Of a stretch of DNA of 64,000 nt, positions 37,171 through 49,056 are shown piece after piece; position 1 is the first letter of the stretch, and the number at the start of each line of letters is the position of its first letter. The DNA is from Bacilli bacterium. Lineage in GTDB: Bacteria; Bacillota_I; Bacilli_A; RFN20; CAG-826. The translations under genes and the position numbers were made by a program. The notes under the pieces were generated by a model, which was not told the DNA's origin, did no database searches, and saw only the letters and a program-made list of their open reading frames with translations. The stretch is from positions 89,531 to 153,530 of the forward strand of contig JAZLFJ010000053.1 in the NCBI GenBank assembly GCA_045615665.1. Direction: 5' to 3'.

Positions 37171-37888
37171 TCTTGTCCTCTAGATGATTAGCAATGACGC
37201 TGAGAGCGTAAATTGAGGCTGTTTCAGCCCTTAAAATGCGATTACCTAAACCAACTGGTGAGAAGCCATGATGCTTTGCATAAATAACTTCGCCTTCAGT
37301 GAAGCCACCTTCTGGTCCAATAATAATTGCGATTTTCTTACCTGGTTTCACATTTTTTAACTTTTTATTGAAAGCTGAAACGTCGCCTTTATTTTCTTCA
37401 TAAGCAATAAATTTTAAATCAGCATCGATTTCATCGATACGGTCAAAACTGATGATGTTTTTAATGTAAGGAATTCTATTTCTTTTAGATTGTTGAGCAG
37501 CTTCTTTAAGAATCTTTTGATAGCGACCTAATTTGAGATCATTTTGGTGATCTTTCATCTTGATGATGGTACGGTCTGTAGTGAGCAAAACGACCTCACT
37601 AACACCGAGCTCGGTTGCCTTTTGTAAAACAAGATCCATCTTATCACCTTTTAAAAGCGCAGCTAAAAGAATGATATAGTTAGGAAGTTCACTGTTATCT
37701 TCAAGCGTCTTTTTCGCGATGATTTCAAGAGGTTTAGTTGAAACTATTTCTGATAAATAAACCTTTTCATCGGCAACAACTTCAATTTGCTCGCCTTTTC
37801 TAGCGCGCATAACTTTGAGGAGATGATATTTATCATCCTCATCAAGAACGATCATGTTTTTAAATATACGTCCAAAGTAGCGTTGCAT
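37163..37888 (-). CDS. rsmE: 16S rRNA (uracil1498-N3)-methyltransferase RsmE
   Basis: 241 aa with the GPEGGF motif. Confidence 0.85.
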   Translation of the reverse strand: MQRYFGRIFKNMIVLDEDDKYHLLKVMRARKGEQIEVVADEKVYLSEIVSTKPLEIIAKKTLEDNSELPNYIILLAALLKGDKMDLVLQKATELGVSEVVLLTTDRTIIKMKDHQNDLKLGRYQKILKEAAQQSKRNRIPYIKNIISFDRIDEIDADLKFIAYEENKGDVSAFNKKLKNVKPGKKIAIIIGPEGGFTEGEVIYAKHHGFSPVGLGNRILRAETASIYALSVIANHLEDKNA

Positions 37889-38322
37889 TATTTTAAAAAT
37901 TCTCCTCTTGAGTCTTGAATGTCGTGTCTAAGTAGGAAGGATAAACCGACCCCTATCATCAAAGCTTCCATTACAAAAAACGGGATCAAATAACCAAAGA
38001 CATTATGAAGCACCGCAAAGAATAGAATTGAACCTATTCCCGCGATGGTAATAGTAGATATACCAAAGATAATCAAACCAATTTTGTATTTGCCAAGGTA
38101 GTAATTATGCGCTCCAAAAATACCGAAAACAAAAGCGAGAATAGCAGTGATAATCTTTGATTTTGGTTTAGGCAGTTCAATGCCGTCTAGCGATTCAAGA
38201 GCCTTGGTCATATCTTGCGTGGTCATATCTTCACCTTCAAGAGGTTTACGACCACCACAAAATGGACAATTCTCCTTGTCTAATCTTGATATTTCTGATC
38301 CACAATATTTACATTTCGCCAT
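37888..38322 (-). CDS. Zinc-ribbon plus TM2-domain membrane protein
   Basis: CKYCGS..CPFCGG N-terminus. TM2-like FGIFGAHNYYLGK helices. Confidence 0.65.
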   Translation of the reverse strand: MAKCKYCGSEISRLDKENCPFCGGRKPLEGEDMTTQDMTKALESLDGIELPKPKSKIITAILAFVFGIFGAHNYYLGKYKIGLIIFGISTITIAGIGSILFFAVLHNVFGYLIPFFVMEALMIGVGLSFLLRHDIQDSRGEFLK

Positions 38323-38351
38323 GAATACTTTTTAAAGTATAACACATTAAA

Positions 38352-38382
38352 GATAAAACAAAAGGACAGTTTTACCCTGTCC
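38352..38382 (-). terminator. guaD-like gene terminator
   Basis: AGGACAG..CTGTCCT stem plus TTTTGTTTT. Confidence 0.7.
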
Positions 38383-38396
38383 TCTCTCTTTTTTAA

Positions 38397-38855
38397 TTAA
38401 TAAGCAGTCTTATCAGCGATATTTTTATATTCTGCGTATAGTTTAAGGCATGCCTTGCGGTCTAACTCAATAACAAGTTTCTCGCGTTCGCCTGGTTGCT
38501 GCATATCGTAGAATTTTTTATCTCTAAAGCCGATGTCTTCGGTATCAAGAATATTACATCCGTAATATACTTTATCGATATTGGCCCAGAGAATAGCCGA
38601 CATACACATTGGGCAAGGTTCACCTGTGGTATATAATTCGCATCCACTTAAATCGAATGTTCCAAGCTTTTTGCAAGCCTTATGAATCGCCATCATTTCT
38701 CCATGGCAAGTTGGATCGTTATTTTTTACGACTTCGTTGTGGCCTTTACCAATAACTTCTCCATCCTTTACAATTACGGCACCGAATGGACCGCCATGAC
38801 CCTTACGAATGCCTTTTCTAGCTTCGAGGATCGCCATATGCATATATTTGTTCAT
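38397..38855 (-). CDS. guaD: CDA-fold deaminase, most like guanine deaminase GuaD
   Basis: GGPFGAVIVKDG, HGEMMAI and PCPMCMSAI. Resembles B. subtilis GuaD more than TadA. Confidence 0.65.
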   Translation of the reverse strand: MNKYMHMAILEARKGIRKGHGGPFGAVIVKDGEVIGKGHNEVVKNNDPTCHGEMMAIHKACKKLGTFDLSGCELYTTGEPCPMCMSAILWANIDKVYYGCNILDTEDIGFRDKKFYDMQQPGEREKLVIELDRKACLKLYAEYKNIADKTAY

Positions 38856-38900
38856 AAATCTTCTCCACTTGATATTTTATCAAATTGTTAATTAAATAAA

Positions 38901-38926
38901 AGAAAAAGACCACTTTTCAGTGGCCT
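38901..38926 (-). terminator. dnaJ (dnaK operon) terminator
   Basis: GGCCACT-gaaa-AGTGGTC stem plus TTTTTCTTTT. Confidence 0.75.
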
Positions 38927-38935
38927 AAACTATGT

Positions 38936-40072
38936 TTAACGTTTAAATGACTTTTTGAATTTCTCAAAGAATGAATCCTTTTTGTCTTCCTTAGATTGAT
39001 ATTCTTCGAGGAGTTTCTTTTGCTCTCTAGAAATCTTGGTTGGAGTCTTAACGATCACGTGAATATATTGATCGCCTGGAGTGCCTTTGCGCATATCCTT
39101 GATACCGCGTCCTTTTAGACGAAGGATTTGATTTGGCTGAACACCCGCTGGGATTTCAACTTCCGCCTCACCATAGACGGTTGGAATGTCGACTTTCTTA
39201 CCCAAGACAGCATCAACAAAGCTTATTGGAACATCGATATGAATATCGTTTCCATCACGTTTAAAGAATTCGTGTGGAGTGATAACGATTTCTAAATAAA
39301 GGTCTCCATTTGGTCCACCGTTACGGCCCACTTCACCTTTTTCGCGAATGCGAATCTGTTGACCAGCGTTGATGCCGGCAGGAATATTGACCTCGATATC
39401 ACGTTTAATATGCTTGTAGCCACGACCACCGCAGTCTGGACATTTATCAGTGATGACTTTGCCTGACCCACCGCAGTCTGGACAGACGCTTTGCTGTTCC
39501 ATGACCCCAAAGATTGTTCTTTGTTGAATCTTAATGTAACCTTTACCGCCACAGCGAGTACAGGTTTTAATGCTTGAAGAATCTTTAGCACCCGTTCCAT
39601 CACATTTTGAACATTTTTCATCATATGAAACTGGGATGAGAACTTTTTTACCTAAGATAGCGTCCATAAATGGAACGCGGATTCTTTGAAGAGTGTCATC
39701 TCCTCTTTGAGGACCATAGCTTCTTTGACTTCTTCTACCTCCTCCAAAGAAGGATGAGAATATATCGCCTAAATCGACATCGCCAAAGCCTTGTCCTGCA
39801 AAGCCAGCACCAGAGAAAGGATTACCGGCTCCGCCTGTAGATGCGCCTTGTTCGAAAGCAGCCATACCAAATTGGTCGTACATTTCACGCTTCTTGTCAT
39901 CATATAAGATGTCATAAGCTTCTTGAACTTCTTTGAATTTTTCTTCAGCGCCAGGTTCTTTATTTAAGTCTGGATGATATTTTTTCGCTAATTTACGATA
40001 AGCGGATTTAATTTCATCTTTACTTGCACTTTTAGATATTCCTAGAACTTCATAGAAATCCCTTTTAGCCAT
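38936..40072 (-). CDS. dnaJ: Chaperone DnaJ
   Basis: J domain with HPD, a G/F region and four CxxCxGxG repeats. Confidence 0.95.
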   Translation of the reverse strand: MAKRDFYEVLGISKSASKDEIKSAYRKLAKKYHPDLNKEPGAEEKFKEVQEAYDILYDDKKREMYDQFGMAAFEQGASTGGAGNPFSGAGFAGQGFGDVDLGDIFSSFFGGGRRSQRSYGPQRGDDTLQRIRVPFMDAILGKKVLIPVSYDEKCSKCDGTGAKDSSSIKTCTRCGGKGYIKIQQRTIFGVMEQQSVCPDCGGSGKVITDKCPDCGGRGYKHIKRDIEVNIPAGINAGQQIRIREKGEVGRNGGPNGDLYLEIVITPHEFFKRDGNDIHIDVPISFVDAVLGKKVDIPTVYGEAEVEIPAGVQPNQILRLKGRGIKDMRKGTPGDQYIHVIVKTPTKISREQKKLLEEYQSKEDKKDSFFEKFKKSFKR

Positions 40073-40095
40073 AGTTACTCCTTTCTAAGCACTAA

Positions 40096-40121
40096 AGCGA
40101 AGGGGCATTAGCCCCATCGCT
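40096..40121 (-). other. GC-rich hairpin between dnaK and dnaJ (no U-tract)
   Basis: AGCGAUGGGGC-uaau-GCCCCUUCGCU, an 11-bp stem with one mismatch. Confidence 0.5.
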
Positions 40122-40137
40122 AAAGAGTTATTAACAA

Positions 40138-42486
<2,349 letters not shown>

Positions 42487-42512
<26 letters not shown>

Positions 42513-43521
42513 TTGTTGGCTCCTTTCTTTCAGAGAATCTCTTTTCAAGTTCGTCGATTAAGTATTCCATTGAGGAGACGACCCGGTCGTAGTCCATTCG
42601 TTTAGGACCAACGATCGCAATCGAACCTTCTTGTTTTCCAGGAATCTTAACTTTAGCGGAGACGATCGATACATCGTCATCATTTTCACCAGCGATATGA
42701 ATCGAGATGTCGCCGTGGGCTTCATCTTCGACTTCTCTAAATACTTCTGGTGATTCGAATAACTCGAGGAGTCGACGAATCTTACTAGCATCGTTAGCGA
42801 ACTCAGGTTGATCGAATAAGTTGTCCGTTCCATAGGTGTTGAGCCTATCTTTGGCAAAGCCAACAAAGGCTTCTAACATCGTTTGGTAAATGACATCTTG
42901 ATCAATCACGAAGTCATTGAGAAGAGGTTTGATGGCTTCCATCTTTGGGACTAGTTCGGAAATCGCTGTTCCTTTTAGTCTTTCATTTAGAAGCTTGACG
43001 CATTTCTCGATATCTCCTAATTGAATTTCTTCATTTAAGGCGAACGTCTTATTTTCAACATAACCTTGGTCAGTAACGAAGACGCAGGTTGCGCTGGAAC
43101 TTGAAAGAGGAATAATTTGAACCGAAGCGAGTTTCTCTTGCTTGGCGTTTGGACCAAGAACAATCGAGGCTAGCGAAGTCATTTGAGATAAAATCTCACA
43201 AGACTCTTTTATCACGCTTTCAATCGATTGCGTCTTTTGGTCGAGAATCGTCTGCATTTGATATTTGAATTCTTCGGAGACGCTGCGTTCACGCAAGTTA
43301 TCGATATAATATCTATAACCTTTGCTAGAAGGAACGCGTCCGCTCGAGGTATGCGTCTTTTCAAGAAGACTATCACCTTCAAGAGCATTCATTTCCGCTC
43401 TAATAGTTGCACTTGAATAATTCAAACCATACTCATTAATCAAAGTTTGGCTTCCAACTGGCTGAGCAGTTTTAATGAAGTGTTCAACGATCAACTTTAA
43501 GATGCGATCTCGACGGTTCAT
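42487..43521 (-). CDS. hrcA: Heat-inducible repressor HrcA
   Basis: wHTH N-terminus, with CIRCE operators upstream. ATG at 43521 follows an AAGGAGAAA RBS. Confidence 0.9.
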
Positions 43522-43535
43522 AATTTTCTCCTTTT

Positions 43536-43562
43536 TTGGCACTCACACTTTTGGAGTGCTAA
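43536..43562 (-). promoter_or_regulatory. CIRCE operator 1
   Basis: TTGGCACTC-N9-GAGTGCTAA, one mismatch to TTAGCACTC-N9-GAGTGCTAA. Lies between the -10 and the hrcA RBS. Confidence 0.85.
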
Positions 43563-43567
43563 TCATA

Positions 43568-43595
43568 ATTATAAGAATCATTTTGGCACTGTCAA
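43568..43595 (-). promoter_or_regulatory. hrcA-grpE-dnaK-dnaJ promoter
   Basis: TTGACA (43595-43590), 16-nt spacer, TATAAT (43573-43568). Confidence 0.75.
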
Positions 43596-43609
43596 GTCTC
43601 AAGTGCTAA
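43583..43609 (-). promoter_or_regulatory. CIRCE operator 2 (degenerate)
   Basis: TTGGCACTG-N9-AAGTGCTAA, three mismatches. Overlaps the -35. Confidence 0.6.
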
Positions 43610-43649
43610 AAATCGTTAACAATTTTAAATGGCCTCTGGCCAAATTAAT

Positions 43650-43681
43650 AAAAAAGCCCACATTTATTTATGATGTGAGCT
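43650..43681 (-). terminator. Surface-protein gene terminator
   Basis: GCUCACAU..AUGUGGGC stem plus TTTTTT. Confidence 0.7.
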
Positions 43682-43700
43682 ATTTTTTTCGAATTGCTAC

Positions 43701-44297
43701 TTACTTTAAATACACTTTTGCAGATGAGAATCCGTAGTTGAAATCAATATAATCTGTCGCTAAGAATTCGGATGGCATCTCATAGACGACATCGACGGTT
43801 TTTTCAATCTTTGGTCCAAGCGAGATGCTGTACCAGAAACCATTGTCGAGATAGATACCTTTGGTAGATGGATTATATTTATCATTTCCACGATATAGCG
43901 GCATGTAATCCTCAGTGACACTTCTTTCGCTTGAAGCGATATTTCGAATCTTAATGGAAATAACTGAGAAATTTTGTGTCGTCTTTCCATCATCAACATA
44001 TTTTGAGACTTCCTTAGTGTTGTAACCAGAAACGACTGTAAATTCGAAATCATTAATTGTTACAGTGTCGTTCATTTTATATTCTTGAGCAGATGGGCTT
44101 GTTTGACTTGTATTGCTAGACGATTCTTGAGCAGATGGGCTTGTTTGACTTGTATTGCTAGACGATCCATTCGATGAACCACCTGAACCAATTACAACAA
44201 TGACGATAACTGTCGTGACAGTCGCAAGTCCCATTAACATCCAAAACCACCATCTTTTATAAAGTGGTTTCCTTCTTTTTGGTGTCGTATTTTCCAT
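43701..44297 (-). CDS. Membrane-anchored surface protein with S/T/Q-rich tandem-repeat linker and a DUF4352-like beta domain
   Basis: Basic N-terminus plus a TM helix, SSSNTSQTSPSAQE x2, then a C-terminal domain with the alternating beta pattern of DUF4352-type proteins. ATG at 44297 follows an AGGGAG RBS. Confidence 0.6.
   Translation of the reverse strand: MENTTPKRRKPLYKRWWFWMLMGLATVTTVIVIVVIGSGGSSNGSSSNTSQTSPSAQESSSNTSQTSPSAQEYKMNDTVTINDFEFTVVSGYNTKEVSKYVDDGKTTQNFSVISIKIRNIASSERSVTEDYMPLYRGNDKYNPSTKGIYLDNGFWYSISLGPKIEKTVDVVYEMPSEFLATDYIDFNYGFSSAKVYLK
44081..44166. repeat. Perfect 42-bp tandem duplication inside the surface-protein CDS
   Basis: attcttgagcagatgggcttgtttgacttgtattgctagacg occurs twice (44081-44122 and 44123-44164) and encodes SSSNTSQTSPSAQE x2 in frame. 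Confidence 0.95.
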
Positions 44298-44324
44298 AAA
44301 AAATCTCCCTTTAAAGATTCCTTT

Positions 44325-44351
44325 ATTGTAAAGAGAGAGAGAGAGATGCAA
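44325..44351 (-). promoter_or_regulatory. Candidate promoter whose spacer is the CT repeat
   Basis: TTGCAT (44351-44346), 15-nt spacer made of (CT)7T, TACAAT (44330-44325). An AGGGAG RBS and the ATG follow 27 nt downstream. Confidence 0.5.
44332..44346. repeat. (AG)7A / T(CT)7 dinucleotide microsatellite
   Basis: agagagagagagaga read directly. Lies between the -35-like and -10-like hexamers of the surface-protein gene. Confidence 0.95.
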
Positions 44352-44392
44352 GCACTCAACAAAGTAGAGTGCCAATATTACTGTGTAATAAA

Positions 44393-45490
44393 TTAGATTA
44401 TTTTCCTTAAAATGTAATCCATTATAAGTAAGCCGTTATCTGAAAGAAAAACCCTATCTTTGGTGACAATTATGTCTTTGGATTTGATAAATGACGATAT
44501 TTTGTCGTTATATTCGATAACAAAGTCTACTCCAAAGCGATTAATAAAATCTTTTCTTAAGAAACCGGATTCTAGTCTTAAATTTGTGAGTAAAAAATAT
44601 TCAAAATCTTTTTCTTTGGTAACAATTTCCTTACTAGCGATATAATCGCCACTTAAATATTTATCTAAACTTTTAGTGTTCTCGTAGCGAACTCCATTAA
44701 TATATCCTGAAGCCCCCAAACCTATTCCATAATATTCATCGTCATGCCAATAGGTAAGATTATGCTTTGCATATTTTTTGTTTCTAGCAAAATTTGAAAC
44801 TTCATATCTTTCATAACCATATTCTCTTAGAGTCTTAACAATATATTTATAATATTTCGCAGATTCTTCTTCGTCTTGTTCTTTATATTTCATGTTATGA
44901 AACACAGTTCCAGGAGAAACGATCAATGAATAAATTGAAATATGATCAACATCTAAAGCTAGGACGTTATTTAAATCATTTTCTAAATCTTTGATGCTTT
45001 GGGCATTAAATCCATAGATTAAATCAACATTAATTGAATCAAAACCATGCTTTTTAGCCTCGTTAACCACCTTAATAGCATCCTCATAGGTGTGACTTCG
45101 TCCTATTTCTTTTAGACGTCTATTTTGGGTTGATTCAACACCAATGGATAATCTCGAAACTCCATAGCGGCTCATAATATCTAATTTAGCGTTGCTAAGA
45201 TTTTCGACATTTGCTTCAACGCTGAATTCTCCACCATCACACAAATATGGTTTTACTTTCTGGAGCAGTTTTTCAAAATCTTCATCACTTAAAGATGTCG
45301 GAGTTCCACCGCCGATATAGATTGTTTTAACTCTGTTAATCTGATATGAATCAAGTTCTTTAAATAACTCATTTAGATATGGCTTAGCAAAGCGCTCATT
45401 ATAAAAAAGTTTTGTGAAATCACAATATTTGCATATGTGAGCACAAAACGGAATGTGTATGTATAAGGATTCGGGTTTAAGCTTGGCCAT
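44393..45490 (-). CDS. hemW: Radical SAM heme chaperone HemW (HemN-like)
   Basis: IHIPFCAHICKYCDF motif. Position between lepA and hrcA, as in Bacillus. ATG at 45490 is preferred. Confidence 0.85.
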   Translation of the reverse strand: MAKLKPESLYIHIPFCAHICKYCDFTKLFYNERFAKPYLNELFKELDSYQINRVKTIYIGGGTPTSLSDEDFEKLLQKVKPYLCDGGEFSVEANVENLSNAKLDIMSRYGVSRLSIGVESTQNRRLKEIGRSHTYEDAIKVVNEAKKHGFDSINVDLIYGFNAQSIKDLENDLNNVLALDVDHISIYSLIVSPGTVFHNMKYKEQDEEESAKYYKYIVKTLREYGYERYEVSNFARNKKYAKHNLTYWHDDEYYGIGLGASGYINGVRYENTKSLDKYLSGDYIASKEIVTKEKDFEYFLLTNLRLESGFLRKDFINRFGVDFVIEYNDKISSFIKSKDIIVTKDRVFLSDNGLLIMDYILRKII

Positions 45491-45728
45491 TCTTTTTAGC
45501 TTCTTCTTCCATCGCTTTTTGAATTTCTTCATCTTCGATAGGAACTAAAACGCGGTCAAGTTCTTGACGAACAGCTTCTTCTTCGGTAATTTCATCCTTT
45601 TTAATCTGTAAGGAAGTAACGTGCCTTTTTACAAAGATGATTACTAAAATTAGTAATCCAAAGAAACCTAGGAGTCCTAGGATAATCCATAATGGTAATA
45701 GAGCTGATGCTGCTAAAGTTCTAAACAT
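45477..45728 (-). CDS. Small single-pass membrane protein with acidic tail (hypothetical)
   Basis: 83 aa with one strong TM helix. AAGGAG RBS. 3-prime end overlaps hemW. Confidence 0.5.
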   Translation of the reverse strand: MFRTLAASALLPLWIILGLLGFFGLLILVIIFVKRHVTSLQIKKDEITEEEAVRQELDRVLVPIEDEEIQKAMEEEAKKNGQA

Positions 45729-45748
45729 AATTTTTCTCGCTCCTTATT

Positions 45749-47152
45749 TTACTCTTTGTCAATTGGAGTGTAAACAAACTTGTTTTTCACTTGTTCACGC
45801 TTATAGTAGCCAAGGCGCGCTAAATTATCCATAGATGTACGAGCGGTCTCATAGACCGTTCCTTCACATTTTTTAAATTGTTGGATCGTATAATATTTGC
45901 CTTTGGTGCAATGTCTAACATAGAAATGAGCTTGTTTCTTCTTAAGAAGAGGGTCTTCTTCAAGAAGGTTTTCGGCCATGCGTTTTAATTGTTTATCAGA
46001 TGGGCCTTCTTCAACAGGTTCTCTTTCGATAACTTGAATTGGCTTATGCTCACGTGGTTTTGGCTGTTCAACCTCTGGTTGCTCAACAACTTCCTTCTTC
46101 GTTTCAATGATTTCTTCGCTTGGAGAAACTCCAAACTCTTTTTCAAAATCTTCTTTAGATTCACCAAAGGTGTAGGAATTTTTAACAGCGGTCAATGTAA
46201 CTTGCGCAATCTTATCCATCACCATATCTAAGGAAGATGAGAATAAGTCGATAACTCTAAAGAGTTCATATGTTAAATCTCTTGAACGTTGGATTTCTCT
46301 TGAAACGCTAGCGAGTGAACCTTTTTCATCTAAAGCAATAGCTTCTAAGGGAATATAAGCAGCGGCAGATTCAACATCGCTAATTGAAACAATTAACTTT
46401 GTTAAAATTGCACTCATCTCAGCATTATATTTCTCAAATGGTTTGATGTAGGCAATCATATAAGAAGTAACCGCTACCTTTATTACGAAGGAATCTTTGC
46501 TATTATTAACATAGTTAATCAAGTTGTCCATTAGCCATGCAATTTCTTGAGTAGGTGCACCAGCGTATTCGCGGTCAACAAGTAGCCTTTGACCAGCCGT
46601 GTTAATTTCATCTTTTCTAAAGAAAGATTCGTCTAAATCGCTTCCAGAAATGATGGAATAATAAGTTTTAATGGTATTTAAATCGAATTTCTCTTTAGGA
46701 TTTTTTTCAAGGTGAGTTAAGGCTGCAAAATATCTATGGAGTGGTTCATATAACGATTCGGTGTTTTTATATTCATAAACATTGTTTAAAGCGACATCAT
46801 TAACATTGATCTTATTGATTTTCGCAATCATCTTTAATTCGTGAATAACAACATCTCGAAATACTGTGTATTGCGAAACTGAACCAGGTTGTAAGCCGCC
46901 AAAACTTACAATATATTGAGAAATGCTCTCTTCGAGAGTTTCAATTTTTTCAATAATTTTGGGCATGTAGGCAATCGTAAAAGGAACCTTAGTAATATCA
47001 AAAAGGTTCAATTGCTTACGATATTGTTTGCGGTACGATAAAATCGTAACCCAAATTGGTTCTATTAAATTCGTGCCTAATGCTTCGGCTACTTCAGTGC
47101 GAGTTGAATAATTCTCTTCACTGAATCTAATTGCAAGTGTGTTGTCTGCCAT
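45749..47152 (-). CDS. Fic-fold protein with degenerate active-site motif and C-terminal winged-helix
   Basis: Fic-like helix pattern, but YIKPFEKYNAEMSAIL stands where HPFxDGNGRxxR is expected. C-terminal wHTH-like TVYETARTSMDNLARLGY. GTGAGGAA RBS and its own promoter. Confidence 0.55.
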   Translation of the reverse strand: MADNTLAIRFSEENYSTRTEVAEALGTNLIEPIWVTILSYRKQYRKQLNLFDITKVPFTIAYMPKIIEKIETLEESISQYIVSFGGLQPGSVSQYTVFRDVVIHELKMIAKINKINVNDVALNNVYEYKNTESLYEPLHRYFAALTHLEKNPKEKFDLNTIKTYYSIISGSDLDESFFRKDEINTAGQRLLVDREYAGAPTQEIAWLMDNLINYVNNSKDSFVIKVAVTSYMIAYIKPFEKYNAEMSAILTKLIVSISDVESAAAYIPLEAIALDEKGSLASVSREIQRSRDLTYELFRVIDLFSSSLDMVMDKIAQVTLTAVKNSYTFGESKEDFEKEFGVSPSEEIIETKKEVVEQPEVEQPKPREHKPIQVIEREPVEEGPSDKQLKRMAENLLEEDPLLKKKQAHFYVRHCTKGKYYTIQQFKKCEGTVYETARTSMDNLARLGYYKREQVKNKFVYTPIDKE

Positions 47153-47172
47153 AATACTAATTCCTCACTAGT

Positions 47173-47201
47173 AGAATAGCATGTCACAAAGTATATATCA
47201 A
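47173..47201 (-). promoter_or_regulatory. Promoter of the Fic-like gene
   Basis: TTGATA (47201-47196), 17-nt spacer, TGcTATTCT extended -10 (47178-47173). Followed by a GTGAGGAA RBS. Confidence 0.55.
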
Positions 47202-47206
47202 TATAA

Positions 47207-47226
47207 AACTACTAAATTTTAACTAA
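47207..47226 (-). repeat. TTAGTT-N5-TTAGTAGTT dyad, copy E
   Basis: Minus strand reads ttagttaaaatttagtagtt. 12 nt after the lepA stop and just upstream of the -35 of the Fic-like gene. Confidence 0.55.
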
Positions 47227-47237
47227 GTTTCAACTGA

Positions 47238-49049
47238 TTAATTATCATCGTCAATCGAGAGAACACTCATGAATGCTTCTTGTGGAACTTCAACAGAGCC
47301 AATCGCTTTCATGCGCTTCTTTCCTTCTTTTTGCTTTTCAAGCAATTTGCGCTTACGAGAAATATCACCACCATAACATTTGGCTAAGACATCTTTTCTA
47401 ACCGCTTTAATATCGGCTCTAGCGATGACTTTGCCATTAATGGCAGCCTGTACCGGAACTTCAAATTGTTGACGCGGAATAATCTCTTTTAATTTTCTAA
47501 CGACCACGCTTCCTCTTTCGTAAGCGGTTGATCGATGGACAATTGTTGAAAGAGCATCAATGACTTCTCCATTAAGGAGAATATCCATCTTCGCTAAGTT
47601 ACCAGCGTGATAGCCACTGTATTCATAATCGAAACTTGCGTAACCTTTAGTGAAGCTTTTAAGCTTATCAAAGAAATTGTAAACAATTTCCGCTAAAGGA
47701 AGTTCGTAGGTTATTACCATTCTAGTGTCATCAAAATATTCTAAATCAAGATAAATGCCTCGACGTTTCTGACAAAGTTCCATAACTGGACCAACATACT
47801 CCTTTGGAGTCATGATTCTAGCTTTAACATATGGTTCTTCGATTTCTTTTATAGTCGTTAAATCAGGAAGCTTTGAAGGGTTATCAAGTTCAATCATATC
47901 ACCTTTGAAAAGGTTGATATGGTAGATGACGCTTGGAGCGGTTAATATCAAATCTAGATTGTATTCTCTTTCAAGTCTTTCCTGTACGACATCCATATGG
48001 AGTAAGCCGAGGAAACCGCATCTAAAACCGAAGCCTAAGGCTTGGCTGGTCTCAGCTTCAAAGACTAAGGAAGAATCGTTTAGAGATAGTTTCTCTAAAG
48101 CTTCTTTTAAATCGCTGAATTTCTTGGAGTCAACTGGATAAAGTCCGCAATAAACCATCGGGTTCATCTTGCGATAGCCAGGTAGTGCTTCTTTGCATGG
48201 GTTATTACTTAATGTAATAGTTTCACCAGGAATAACGTCTTTAATGTCTTTAATTTGAGCAGCAAGATATCCGACTTCACCAGCGCATAATTCGTTTTTC
48301 TTTAACTCCGTTGGAGTTCTAATGCCTACTTCGGTGACAAGGTATTCTTTGTTAGCAGCCATCAGTCTAATGGTATCGCCGACTTTAACCTTACCATTTT
48401 TGATGCAAATCAAAACAACAACTCCACGGTAAGAATCGTAATATGAATCAAAGATTAAGGCTTGTAGAGGTTTATCGTCTTCGCCTTTAGGCGTTGGGAT
48501 ATATTTAACCACTGCTTCTAGAACATTTTGGATTCCTTCTCCAGTTTTAGCAGATACAAGGCAAGCATTATCGCTTGGAATGCCGATTCTATCTTCAATT
48601 TCTTTTTTCACAAGATCTGGACTAGCGCTTGGTAAATCAATTTTATTGATTACTGGAACAATTTCTAGATTGTTATCCACCGCTAAATAGACATTGGCGA
48701 GAGTTTGAGCTTCAACGCCTTGAGTCGCGTCCACTACTAACAAACAACCTTCGCAAGCTGCGAGTGAGCGTGATACTTCGTAGGTGAAGTCGACGTGCCC
48801 CGGAGTGTCGATTAAATTGAATAAATAATCTTCGCCATTCAGAGAATGATATTTAATCGTTACCGCGTTTAGTTTGATAGTGATTCCTCTTTCACGTTCA
48901 AGATCCATCGAATCGAGAAATTGTTCCTTCATTTCTCTTTTAGAAATGGTTTCGGTCAATTCTAAAATACGGTCCGCCAAAGTGGACTTGCCATGGTCTA
49001 TATGAGCAATAATTGAGAAATTGCGAATATGATTTTTATCAAAATTCAT
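47238..49049 (-). CDS. lepA: Elongation factor 4 (LepA)
   Basis: [13 protein letters not shown]-domain. ATG at 49049 ([11 protein letters not shown]) is preferred over the track start. Confidence 0.95.
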   Translation of the reverse strand: MNFDKNHIRNFSIIAHIDHGKSTLADRILELTETISKREMKEQFLDSMDLERERGITIKLNAVTIKYHSLNGEDYLFNLIDTPGHVDFTYEVSRSLAACEGCLLVVDATQGVEAQTLANVYLAVDNNLEIVPVINKIDLPSASPDLVKKEIEDRIGIPSDNACLVSAKTGEGIQNVLEAVVKYIPTPKGEDDKPLQALIFDSYYDSYRGVVVLICIKNGKVKVGDTIRLMAANKEYLVTEVGIRTPTELKKNELCAGEVGYLAAQIKDIKDVIPGETITLSNNPCKEALPGYRKMNPMVYCGLYPVDSKKFSDLKEALEKLSLNDSSLVFEAETSQALGFGFRCGFLGLLHMDVVQERLEREYNLDLILTAPSVIYHINLFKGDMIELDNPSKLPDLTTIKEIEEPYVKARIMTPKEYVGPVMELCQKRRGIYLDLEYFDDTRMVITYELPLAEIVYNFFDKLKSFTKGYASFDYEYSGYHAGNLAKMDILLNGEVIDALSTIVHRSTAYERGSVVVRKLKEIIPRQQFEVPVQAAINGKVIARADIKAVRKDVLAKCYGGDISRKRKLLEKQKEGKKRMKAIGSVEVPQEAFMSVLSIDDDN

Positions 49050-49056
49050 AACAAAT

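Noticed and set aside
44081-44166. The tandem repeat as a possible CRISPR-like array.
   Set aside because: There are only two contiguous units with no spacers. They are in frame inside a CDS, and there are no cas genes.
44298-44375. TTG-initiated 26-codon N-terminal extension of the surface-protein ORF, as given in the track.
   Set aside because: The internal ATG at 44297 has a good AGGGAG RBS and gives a normal basic-TM N-terminus. The extension has no RBS and would place a hydrophobic peptide (LSLSL) before the anchor. It is kept only as an alternative frameshift-type phase-variation model.
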